Assembly (NCBI GenBank): GCA_050084985.1 | Contig: JBITNC010000001.1 | Span: forward strand, 32,302,001 to 32,366,000 | DNA length: 64,000 nt | Source of the DNA: Nageia nagi | Taxonomy: Eukaryota; Plantae; Pinophyta | Reading direction: 5' to 3' | Part shown: positions 25,205 to 37,499 of the stretch, one piece after another | Layout: each line of letters begins with the position of its first letter | How positions within the stretch are numbered: the stretch's first letter is position 1 | The notes under the pieces: model-generated | The model's database searches: none | Told to the model about the DNA's origin: nothing | The model's input: only the letters and a program-made list of their open reading frames with translations | Translations under genes and position numbers: made by a program

Positions 25205-27445
25205 TGTTTATCCAAGAGTTTTCTAGGGAAACTATTTTAATCTTATTTAGTTTGAATTCTCCTTTTTCAACAAACAAAAATCCAAAAATAGTAATTTACT
25301 CCATATAGAAGTCTATAATTACTAGGTGATTCTACTTAACAAAGTAGTCGATCTACTAACATTGTACACTTTATGTTTTATTATGAAAACTAAAAATATA
25401 TTTTCTTTTCCAAAGTTAACTCCATATGAATAGACCTAATGATAAGAGGTTGATTCATAAGTACCACCAATAGAGGTGGAACCACTATCACCACCAACCC
25501 CCCAATCTAGTATACATTGTCAAAGGAAGAGATTATTGATTACTTCTCATATGTGAGAAGAATGGGATTCTAAGAGATAATACCAGCCTCAAGAGATATC
25601 AACATCATCTTCTTGGAGCACACTAAAATGCTTGAGGATAAAATAGTAGAGATGCAAGCAAAACTTAAAAAGTAAAAATTACACATTGCACTATTACAAC
25701 CAATAATGTGGTACAACAAAGAGGCCCTTGTGATTCTTATATCTCCCTTGATTAATGCCAACCATTTGGAAAATCTTCCCTTCTATTTGTTCAATTTGTA
25801 CCTAATAAGGTTGAAGTACTCCCATCTAGTAACCCACTGTATGAGTCTATAATACCATTGCAATCTCATGCTCCCTCTAAAGAATAGTACTCTCAATATC
25901 GACACAACCATCATATCTCAAACATACATACCAATTCAGTGTTTATAATTTTATTGATAATAGGTGGATGATAATCCTTATCTACCCTTGATTAATTTCT
26001 AGTTTTTGAACTAATTTCACGCTCAAAGTTCCAAACACATTGTGAGGAAGGACCATTCTTTCTCTTTGGTGATATTTTTAAGAGATATATTGCATTACGA
26101 GAAGGGGGTACACAACAACATTGCAAGCACACTTATGGAGCAACAATAATTCATAGAACTTAATAGGTTTCAACAATTTTTTAGAGATTATTATGATACA
26201 ATGGAAAGGTCCATATAGACTCAAGAGCATGTTTTAATATCATCTGTGTCTTTAGTAAAAATAAAAATAAGAATAAAAAAAAAACTTGATTTTAAAAACC
26301 TTCTTAAAGGTAAGGTTAGATAGAGCATGGATGAAAACCAACTATATTGGCAATCATGTTGGTGAAAACCAACTCTGCTAGCAATCACATGGGTGAAAAC
26401 AAACATATTTGGTAGTAATACTCTAGTATTAAAAAAAAATCAGTTGGTAATCATGAGATTGAAAAGCAGCTTCGTTGGCAACCTTATGGGTGAAAACCAA
26501 CTATAGGAGCTAACAAAGTTGCACAAAGAAGCTGATCAAATATATAGGGAGTAGTAATCACAAAGAAGCACTACAAAAGAAGGCTAGACTCATCCATCAA
26601 ATATGGAAATGTTAGCAGTAAAAGGTATGCATTTTATGTTTTAGTTTAGATTTAGTTAGCATATATAAATATGTGTATACTAATTACTTAAGTATCCTTT
26701 CCCACACACACAGCATAAAAAAATGGATCAAAGTTTGCAAAGATGTACATTTCTATTTAAGCCATGTTTGCTAGAAGGTTTCTATGATATTACTAGTGGA
26801 GAGCATGAGATGATATGGAATAGATGAGTTGTGTCAATAACTTTCCTATAAAATGGATTTAGTATTGAACAAATGGTTTGCACAATTTTAGTACACATAG
26901 TTGCCCAAAAATGTGAATAATATCATATTTTCTCTCCTCATTTTCATTTAGTTTTACATGAAAATATATAATTGTTCAAATGTGGGGAAGGAACAAGATA
27001 TTAAGACATCAAATTAGTAATAGTAAATAACTGAGACTAATTTGAGCCTCTACAAGAATTCATTATGATGCTTGAAATAGTCTGTTCCACTGAATTTTCC
27101 TTATTATTCATAAGTGTCAAAATGTCTTTTTTTAGAGTTTATATCTCCTGAACCATGGATCCAAATATAATGAAATTTTAATCATGTATTTACATTATAT
27201 GCATTATCTATGGTCCACTTTTCAACCTCTAGCTCCTTTGGAGTTTCTTCCAGTTCATCCATAAAGTTGGCTATTAAAATTATTTTTCTGTGTTATTTCC
27301 AGTTATAAAAAGTGAGAAATTATGATTTTTCAAACCATAACTTTTCATCTATTTTTCCATATGCCTCAAAATTTATACCTTGTAAATCCTCTTGATTCAT
27401 GCTTTAAAAAGTCCTCAAATATGGCGTCTGATAAGGATTTACAAT
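25205..27445 (+). mobile_element. Continuation of the host retroelement remnant (internally deleted, gypsy-like)
   Basis: Resumes after the Tat TSD. Integrase C-terminal-like QWKGPY at ~26198 is followed by ~30-bp GGRTGAAAACCAAC repeats (26328-26503). Confidence 0.45.
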
Positions 27446-29571
27446 TGTAGACACCCAAAAATGACCCTCGTTCAAAAATCGAATGGAAAGGGAAAAAAAT
27501 TAACATTTATTATAAAAGTTATATTAAATGACCAATAACTGGTGATTTACCCCAATCATTGAAGACTAAAACTAATCATTGATGACCTGGTACATAGCCA
27601 GGTCAAAAATAGATACGCACTTGAACTAATTTGTTCCAAAAAATTATTTGATCATGAGTGAGTTATTGTTGGTTTGGCTGTTGCACGAATAGAATCATGG
27701 CTATTATGAACTTGGATGAGCATTTGAGTAAAGTTGTTAGCCCCTAAATTTAAAAATTAAACAAACTCAAAAGGCTATAAATTAAACCTTCATTAATGAA
27801 GAAAGGGACCCAAACTTGAAGTAAAAGTACACTGCAAAATTTCATCTAGAATTTCTAAAGAGTTAAGTACTTCTCTTATACACTTATTTATGTATTTTGA
27901 TTCAATGTATGATATTTTTTATATGAATAAATGCATTTGATATGTTATTTTGGCATGTATTCAGGGTCCATAGGTTCTAAGGTGGAAAACACTAAAGGAA
28001 CAGTATGACAAGAATCGAAAAATATCAAGAACAAAAGTCAAAATGAAGCAAAAGAGAAGATTCATCCAAAGTCAGCTCTAATATTAGAAACACAAGCGAT
28101 TGATCTTAGACACCAATGATTGAAGCCAAACACCAACGATTACATCCTAATCACCGAAGAATCTATAAAAGCCCAAGGAGGCTCAAAAACATAATTTTGT
28201 AAAAGCCCTTCAAGCAAGGCTACGAATCTAGAGATTCATTTTATAACATTTGAGGTCACTCGAAAGAGTAATAAAATACATATTGGTATTTAATATGTAT
28301 TTGTGCTATTTTCTAATAGTTCCTTTTTTGGGTCTATATTTTGACACTAGAAGGAGGTTCCTCGCATACTAATAAGTAGTGATTGAGCAGAGGGTTCTTG
28401 GTTCTTTTTACAATATTTTGTTTGTTTTCTATCTTGTGGTTTAAATTTTTGATTAAAAAATTTCATTGTTTTATATCTTTTCAGAATCATTAATAGAATC
28501 ACCAATGATTTGATATAAGACACCGAAAATTGGATTAGGATGCTAGCAATTGTAATAGAATGCTAGCATTTATTAAATAGAGGTAAGATCCCTATTTTTT
28601 ATCAATACAACAAGCACAATGTAAGAATTTAAGATGAAAAATGGGAATGAACCTTCTATTTATGATCCCTTTGCTCAAATTGCATGTAGAAAAGAGTAGA
28701 TAAAGTTAATAGAAATGCATTTAATAATGTCATTAATTAAATTTTAAGGTTTAATTTACTTGTTTATTGGGTAGGGATCATTGCAAAGCACTTCACTTAA
28801 GAACTTTTTCTATTTTATTCAATTATGCTCTCCCTTTGTATTGAAAGACAATCTTAGGTGATTAGAATGGATCTTTACTTTTTGTACATTATTACATAAT
28901 TCGATCAAAGAATCTACACTAAGTTACTTCACTGTTGGAAAGAGTTAATGAATTTACATTGAATCAAGAATGAATCTAAAGTAAATGAATTAGGTTAATT
29001 GTAGAATAGTGCATTAAATGGTTAATGAACTTGATGAGTGCATTCACACTAAATTATTTTTATTTAACTAAGTATGCTATCGCTTTTGCACATATGATAA
29101 TCTGAAGCAATCAGAAAAGTTAAGTAAAAGGGTAATAAATTTTCATTTGGTTTAAAATTTATACTCACATTAATACTCTTACTTGTTTGCCCTTACCATG
29201 CTGAGAGGCAATCGAAAGTTGATGTAACTTGAAGAGGGGAAAAAACTAACACTTAATTAATTTACATACATATTAAAGGCTTCTTACTCTTAAGAAGAGG
29301 TAATAAACCACATTAAATTACTTCCATAGCTAGAAGGATGAATGAACCTCATTTAAAAGTTGGTTAAATAACCTCATTAACTTGGTGATGAATTTTGTGG
29401 GTTAATTAGATTAATGCATACTAATTAAAATATTGTTTGAATTATATTAAAAATGTTAATTAATGGACATGTATGATTGGAAGGGTTAAAGATTGTATTC
29501 ATACGCATTTTATTTTACTAATTGCATGATCATAAGCTTTAAAAAATGAACATCAATGAGTTAGATGTCAT
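27446..29571 (+). mobile_element. Second Tat-family element: 5' LTR (27446-28338), PBS (28339-28357) and 5' leader, truncated by a copia LTR
   Basis: Starts tgtagacaccc and ends gggtctata (decayed inverted terminus). The PBS is like that at 6715. The leader shares blocks with 6960-8050 (ctttgctcaaattgcat, ttatgctctccctttg, aacatcaatgagtt). Confidence 0.85.
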
Positions 29572-30056
29572 TGTTGGAAATTGTAATGTAATATTGTGTA
29601 ATATTTCTCTTTAATATAAATTCACTTAATACTTATAGTATCTTTAGATAACTTAAAACATTAATAGAATAACAATAGGAAGAGGACTAAATATAGAAAC
29701 ACCTTTAACCTTACCTTTGGGTTAAAAAGAGGTTAAAAGGTGGGTTTATTCTTATAAATAGAGAGGTACCCCTCTCATTATGTACTTGATGAAGCATAGT
29801 AATGTTTGTCTTATAAAGTTGTAGGAATGCTCTTATAGGATCTTTGTAGAAGAATTCTTGAGAATTTGTAAGAGATTTATCTTGTGAAAAGTAATAGAAT
29901 GATGGTTCAAAGTGGATGTAATCTCAAAAGATGGAGGAATCACTATATATGGTGTGTTATATTTTGTGTGATTGTTTCTTGCTTTGCTAGATGAATGTTA
30001 GATTTGTTGGAGAAGTTTAAGGAGATCTTGATTTATAGAATCTTTCAATTCCATCA
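29572..30056 (+). repeat. LTR (485 bp) of a copia-type element
   Basis: Runs TGTTGG...CCATCA, has a TATA-like cttataaatag (~29751), and is followed by a tRNA-Met PBS. Confidence 0.8.
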
Positions 30057-30058
30057 AG

Positions 30059-30070
30059 TGGTATCAAAGC
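30059..30070 (+). promoter_or_regulatory. tRNA-iMet primer-binding site
   Basis: TGGTATCAAAGC, one mismatch from the canonical TGGTATCAGAGC, 2 nt after the LTR end. Confidence 0.85.
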
Positions 30071-30954
30071 ACCTTTGTTGTTGTGATCTCCTCAAATTTC
30101 TATTTGAAGATTTTGAGATAACCATCCTCAAATTTAAGGTATACCTATCCCTTAATCTTGTTTCAATTTTATTTGAAACTTCATTGGTTAATCAATTTTA
30201 ATTTCTTATTTTTTGAAGTTGAAAGTTGATATCTATACTAAGATGTTTTTATCTTGAGAATAATGGGCTCAAATTTATTACCTTAATTAAATGTTAGTAG
30301 TTTTTTGTTAAATCTAACATGTATTATATTATTGGATTGTAAATATTATGATTTGATATATATACTAACATGTTTATGCTAAAAGTAATTGGCTAAGATC
30401 TAACATCTTATGTTAGTAACATGTTAGTAGTATTTGAAGTTAGATCTAACCTATGGTATAGGGTTAGATTTTTAAGATCTTAAAAATTGGTGCTTCTAAT
30501 TTTTTTACCATAATTAAATCTAATAATACTTAATTAAATTTTTAACACTATGCTAAAGATCTTATTATTGCAAGTCTATAAAGTATTTTTAGTTTTGCAA
30601 GAAAGTTGAACTATTGTTTTATACTCTTGCAATTTTTTTTTTTAAATGTAGCTTGCAATTTATTAACCAAATGAATCCACTTATTCTGTTTTTATACATA
30701 ATTTTGTTTTGGGAATATATAAAATTTTGTTAATCAAAAATTTTATATATATATATATATATATTTATATATTATAAGGTTTTTTTAAGATAGAATTTTT
30801 AATTTATTAAAAAATAAATAAATCAATTTCTTCTCTGTATTTTGCATATATAGTTTTTTATTTTTATTAAAAATTATATTTAAAAAAGATTATTTAAAAA
30901 AAAATTACAATTTAAAAAAGGGGAGGTGGGGCTATGCAGCATGCAGGCCAACAC

Positions 30955-31385
30955 ACTCCCAAGTCGTCGCCTAAGGGAGGTTGGCCATCCCAAGGGAGGC
31001 CACCCAAGAGAGGCTAGCTACCCCAAGGGAGGCCATCGCCCGAGGGTAAGCTGGCCATCCTAAGGAAGGTCTCTGCCCAAGGGAGGCTAGCTATCCCAAG
31101 GGTGGCTGTTGCCCAAGGGAGGTTGGTCATCCCAAGGGAGGCCACCACTTGAGGGTAAGCTAGCCATCCTGAGGGAGGTCGTCACCCAAGGGAGGTTGGC
31201 CATCCCAAGGGGGTCATCACCTCTAGGGGTAGGCGAGCCAATCCAATAGGGGACCATCACCTTGAAGGTGGGTGAGCCACCCTACAGGGGACATCCTAGC
31301 CCACAGGAGGTGTGCCACCTTGAAGGGGTATATTGCCTCAAGGGAAGACACACCACCCTAAAGGGGGCTTCCCCATTTCAGAGGG
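30955..31385. repeat. GC-rich ~19-bp minisatellite (CCCAAGGGAGGYYRGCCAT) in the copia-type leader
   Basis: About 20 degenerate units with an apparent 3-unit higher-order period. Confidence 0.85.
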
Positions 31386-32584
31386 TGTGCACACCCCCTC
31401 CATGGATTGCTAACCTTAATGGAGGTGCAAGACTCCTTAGGAGATGCGCACGAGACAACATAACCCCCCTTCTTCATTGCAAATGCAATCTAATTGCCTC
31501 CTTGTATTCTAGGTGCTTCTTCCAGCCATGACCTATCTTCTCCACCATGTCTCGGCCTCCATAGCTGGTTGTTCTTGGTCCTTGCAAGTTTTTTTAAAAA
31601 ATGTCTTCTCCTCTCCTGTACTTTTCAGGGTATTTTTTCACCTTAGTACAATTTTTTTATTAGAGAGAACCTTTTTTTTAATTAATTACTTTTGGTGGGG
31701 GGTTTTGGCCCTTTATTGTTAATAAGGGTTGGAGGTATTTTTTTAATTTAATAAAATTGGAAGTTTTTATGAGGCCTAAGAATTTTTTAGAGTTAAAATG
31801 ATAGTATCTTTTTTAGATAAATTTTTTTAAAAAAAAGAGGCATAAGTTTGTTTTTTAAAAAAAAATAAAAATTTAAGGAAAAAAATAGGCATGTTACCTT
31901 TTTAAGCACAATTTGTTTTTTAAAAACTATGCTTTTTAAACAAAAAAGGGTGAATTTTTGCTCTTAAGAGATGAGAATTTGGAATAAAATAAGCCATCTA
32001 ATGCCTTTTTTTAATAAAATATCATGGCCTAATTTTTATTATTTTTTTATGCAATTTGATATTTTATTTTTTAACTTAAAAATGATATGGGCATATTTTT
32101 TATAGTGGGTATCCTATATGAGAATTATAGCTTTGATCTATTTTTTAACATAGCTTTAAATAGCTTTTTAAATAAAGTTGCAAATATAGTAATTAGTAAG
32201 TATAAAATATTTGATTAAAACCTTGGATAGCTTATATAATCCAAGTTAGGTAAATTATTATGATAATTTGAAAATTATATGCCTTATATGGTAATTATTT
32301 TTAAGAAAATAATCAAATTAATTAATTGCAACCATTATTGTGCCATTATTTTTGCAAGCATTGCAATTTCTTTTAAGAGAACATTGGACATGTTTGAATC
32401 AACTTTAAATTTATAGCGTTAATTGATAATATCCAATATATTGCAACCCATTTTTTGCACACTTTGCAACTTTTAATACATTTTTTTTCTTGCATCATTT
32501 TGTGGACAAAGAAAAAAATGGAGAAAATTGTATTAAATATCCACTTTATTAAAATAAAGATTTGTTATGCACATTTTATTTGTT

Positions 32585-33165
32585 TGTTGAAGATATGCAT
32601 AGTGTGGATGTGCATAATGTGATGTGCTTAGTGTTTAAAGTAGAAATTTAGGTAAAAATTTCTTTCAAACTTTGATATGCACTATCCTTATTGATTGCAA
32701 TATGATGCAAATTTGTTGTAGATGTGCATAGTATTTGAAGTGAAATTAAAGTAAAAATTTCTTTCAACTTTTGATATGCACTATCCTTATTGGTTGGCAT
32801 AATGTTAAAATAGACATTTGTTTATGGATTGATGCCACTATAATTCTATGATTGGGAAGTTAAATCTTTGTTTATGGATTGATGCCATTACACTTCCATA
32901 ATTGAGAAGTTAAATCCATGTTTATGAATTGATGCCATTATACTTCCATGTTTAGAAAGTTTATTTATGTCAATGGATTATTTTTACATTGCTACTTGTT
33001 AGCAAATTGTAGTGCATGGAGTGGTTAAAAAGGTTCGTCCTTCTCCATGATTTAATTTTTGAAGTGGTTAAAAAGGTTCGCTTTTCTCTATGATTGCACA
33101 TTGTTGGAGTAACCATCATTTCATTAAATTTGGCCTTATTACTACACATCTAGACTTCCAATATT
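32585..33165. repeat. Cluster of tandem duplications (2x ~97 bp, 3x ~50 bp, 2x ~43 bp)
   Basis: ttgatatgcactatccttatt x2; tgtttatggattgatgcca x3; agtggttaaaaaggttcg x2. Confidence 0.8.
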
Positions 33166-33321
33166 ATGATTATTGACATTGGATATTATAATATTGGAAA
33201 TCAAATATTTGAATAATGGAATCCATTTACAAGGATATTGGTTTCCAATTATATGATTTTTTTCCTCTAATTTCAATATTATTATCTTCCAAATCTAACC
33301 TTATAGATTTCATTTAATCTT

Positions 33322-33991
33322 TGTTGTGAGATATAACAAGGGATTAAACATGAACATACATTAATAATAAAATTCTAAAAAATGTAGCTTATAAGAATAA
33401 CTAACAAATAAAAACACAAGACATACAAATCATGCATTCATTCAAAGCTATGACACAAGATTCAGACATACGAATTAAAATCAAAACAACTCTTATTAAT
33501 TATTCAAGTTCTTTTTGTTACAAACACCCTTACTTTATTCTTAAAAAAATTTACAAAAAAAGATATCCTCTACAAATGAGCCATGTTTGGCTACTTATAA
33601 ACAATTAACTTTCATATTTTTAGAAAAATATCTCTTGATAATAAAGTAGATCATAATAATACATGAAAATTATCAGTATCTTTATTTTATCTTTGACTTG
33701 TTACTTGATCCCTCCAAGTGTTGAAAGCATTGATAAGATTTTCACAGCTTCTCAAACTTGATCATACTTATAAGTATGTTGGAAAATAATAAAGTACACA
33801 TACTTTGCAGGTACTATATTTATTTAACTATATTTTCATAGTAATAGGAAAATGAAAGTAGATCATAATAAAGTAATCACATCATCACTTTAGTATAAAT
33901 ATGTTTCTATAAAAGGCACATATTAGGTTGAAAAAAGTAAATATAAAAAAATAATTATCATATTATCAACTTACATTGATAGAAGTTAACA
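33322..33991 (-). repeat. Possible LTR in reverse orientation
   Basis: Bounded by TGTTG and AACA, with a degenerate purine tract (gaggatgat) next to it on the minus strand. No partner LTR was seen. Confidence 0.3.
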
Positions 33992-34499
33992 ATCATCCTC
34001 ATATTTAATATCATTCAAACCATTTCTTTGAAGTTATTCTAGATACATCATAATGGCTTCATACCCTTGATATGTTATTGATATTTTTTTGCCATTCCAT
34101 CCCACCTTTAGTGTCCATGCCCAAATGAAGTGATCAACATTAATTTCACTTGTTGGCTCATTTTCCACCCTCTATTTCTTGCTCTTATTTAAGTAATTTA
34201 TATACAGATCTTTTGTTGTTTTTCATTTTTCCAATCAATCACTACCATTGAACCTTGATCTTATCTTGGTAAATATCACCTTTTGCTCTACTCAACTATA
34301 CTAGAAAATGTTTTGAATTTGATTGCACCAAAAGGAATTGATCCTTAACAACATCAACTTTTGGATCAAATTCATCTTCTATTACTTGATTACATAAGGA
34401 TCCCATAAAGATATCCTCAATAGTAAGAATGTTTTCTTCCAAGTATTTTCCATTAGAAAAGAAGAAAGTTGATTAGTATTATCGATGTCCATGGTTTAT

Positions 34500-35400
34500 C
34501 TTATCTTTGACCAAAAGATACCTTCTAACCTTTCTTCAAGTCTAGAAAAAAAGTTGTCTAAAACATTCAAAACATTCTTCCAATATCTTATCTTTAACAT
34601 CTAGAATGTCTCTACTCCATCTGTAACACTATTTTTTCATAAGGAAATATATTTTTTTGTTTCTTTGTTCAATTCATCTGTCTCTTTTAGTATCTTGTAC
34701 GATACAAATGGAGGTTTTTCCATAGGCAAATATGCCAATCCATTACACAATGTGTGTCATATATTGTTTGGTTTTGATCAAGAATGATCTCTTATTGATG
34801 TTTTATATTACATCATAGGTATTCCATCAATAACATGGAATTTAAAATATTTGAAGTTTGTTTATACCCACTATTCTCTCTTTTCTATCTAATAAGTGTG
34901 GACTTATAAATGTTTTAAAGTCATATACCTCCTCAATCAAGTACGATGTAAATGAACTTGAATTCTCTTGGCATGATATGTAAGTATTTATAATCTGTGG
35001 GAGAGAAAATATTTTTTATCATCATAAAACTGATAATAATTTCTCAAATGTTCTATCAATATCCTCGTGAGTATGATCCATTGAGAGAAAGCTTGTATAC
35101 ATAATGTTAAAAATCCTATTTGTTGTCAACATTGTCAAAAACCCAAACATATAACAATTTTTGTTATCACTAACAATATTATCTAGTTACAAGTAAAGGA
35201 TAAGGGGTAATTATTTTAGTGAACCACCTGGTTTAATATTATCATCCACACTAGATAGATATTCTTGAGATTTTATGTTTTGCTTTTGATATTTTTTATA
35301 AACTTCATTTTGTAATAAAGCATCATGGAGGGGATGTTTAGAAGATCATTTTTGGTACAACAAATGTCCATACATATTAGTGATTGGTTCTTCTAACGTG
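34500..35400 (-). mobile_element. Decayed DUF7869-type (Sola-like) DDE transposase remnant
   Basis: Minus-strand translation of 35210-35043: LPLILYL*LDNIVSDNKNCYMFGFLTMLTTNRIFNIMYTSFLSMDHTHEDIDRTFE. This matches the LYLQLDN...NKN...FL..GHTHEDID..F motif. Outer boundaries are approximate. Confidence 0.7.
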
Positions 35401-35999
35401 TATGCCCTTTTCACTAAAATATTTGTGATGTTGCAACAAGTGTCATCAAAAGAAACAAGGTATTCCATTTGGGGAAGTGTTTCCTCTAATACACCCCAAA
35501 TATTAGACTCCACCTCCTTAGAACTTTTAATTTTACATCCATTGTTCCATCATTTAGGTAGACTAGTTTATTTACAGGCCATTGAATAAGACAACCATCT
35601 AATAATAAACACTTGTTACACATTGGTATGTATAATGTGGTAATGTGAACACCAAAATGATGTCCAACTCTTTGAATTGTACTATATCCCTCTCATATTC
35701 TTTGTAATCATTCCCTTGGTAACATATTGACTATCCAATGAGCATGTGTGGATCAATTTCACTTCAACTCCTCTAAACTTTAAGTTGTGATTTTGGCAAT
35801 TTGATTTTAATTGTTGACTTTTTTCTTCTCTTACATTTGACGAATTGACCCCATGAAAATTTATATTGGAATATCCTTTTATTGATGATGAAACCTACAA
35901 TTGGCCAATCTCTTTGACTTTGATCTAAAACCTTGTGGTCTTATCGCATATATTGTGTATTGACCAAGCTATCATTGTGTTGGTTCCTTTAACAATGAA

Positions 36000-36510
36000 C
36001 AACTATTACAAGTTAATATCACTTCTTCCACAAGTATACCAAAACCTAAATGGTTGCAAGCGCTCCCCTTAAACTATGTCATCCTCATCAAAATATGCAA
36101 TAAGGCCACAAGCTATGCTAATATCATCTCCTAAATAATTATCTTTTATAACTACTCCCACCCAATAAAATCTATCTTTTATAAGTATATTATGAATGCT
36201 ATTTGGCATGCCTTGCACCCCTTCTAAGTTAGGAGAAAATGCATCCCCTTTTGGGTATTGATCATGCTTACATAAATTTGATTTATCTCATGCAATAAAG
36301 TATCCAAGAGATTCCTTTAGTGTTTGTATTGTGTCCTCTACCTCAAATTTATAAGGTAAACCAAATGTACCATCTAAAATACTTTGAATAGTCACAACCA
36401 AGCAATTATCTCCTATTTTTTTGTTATGTAGTATCCTCCTGCTTGGGTAAACTTTGGCCTCTGCAACTTTAGCATCCTTCAAAAGTAAAATCAACATTCT
36501 CCCATTCAAA
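36000..36510 (-). pseudogene. Transposon-associated Tnp1/DUF8039-like domain remnant(s)
   Basis: VAEAKVYP...LHNKKIGDNCLVVTIQSIL...LPY...TLKESLGYFIA* resembles the VA-G...LH...V.I..V...LP...TL..A.G.F.W pattern. A weaker second copy lies at ~36150-36000. Confidence 0.5.
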
Positions 36511-37499
36511 AAATGAAAGCAACATTGGTGACAACCTACACAAGCATAATATAACATCATTAGTATTTAAAAATTATAGAAATAATATAAATAAAAGTAA
36601 AAGTAAATTACCAACACTTGATTAACATGTCATCCCTTAGCATTAATAAAAGTAAAAAATTTCAAAAAACACATGGATGTAGAATCTTTGAGATTATCAA
36701 TTAGAATCTAAAGCAATTGTCTAGTCCATGATGTCATCTCACATTTGTTAAGGTAAAGAAGGAAAATCCAAACTTTTGTTTATTAGAGTTTTCATAACCA
36801 TATTGTGATATTATGAATATTATATATAAGTGATATAATATAAGTGAATCCATATGTAGATTATCTAGGATTATCAGTTGGAAAATAAGAAAACTAACAA
36901 GAGACAAGCTTCTTGTTGACTACAGATACTACTTGAGCATTGTGTTTCCTACTAATAGATTGTTCATTTTCCTTGACATACCACAAAGTGTAGAGTCCTA
37001 CTTAATTATATTTAGCTAATGAATCTATTCAATGTAACATTCATCAAGAATAAGAAACACTGAGAATCCACTAGAATCCGCAAGCTTTATATATTAAAAG
37101 AGAGTTTTATACAAAATACATGTAAGTGTTCATGTCAATACGTGGAAGAATATGGAATAAGTTCTTTTCATAAGGACAATAAATGACATGGATAGGAACT
37201 TGTGTCTTTTTGTAAGGAGTGGTATACTCTTATATGCACTATAGATCATTGATCCTTGTGGATGACATATGATGAAGAATAGAGAATACTAGATATATGT
37301 AAAGGAATGTAATTAAATATAAAATATTGATCATTAATCAGTTGTATTTGTAACTTCTTATACATTGTCCATGAATTGTAATTTATTCTATCAATATAAT
37401 ACAAACTCTTGGTTAGGTAATCATTCTGTGTATTTTGAGTGTATAAAATATTTGATCAAGTGCACTAGTAAGAATTCGTATTCATTCACTAGCTTATCG

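Noticed and set aside
31262-31722. Two plus-strand ORFs after the copia PBS as gag
   Set aside because: No gag motifs are present. The open frames arise from the GC-rich minisatellite.
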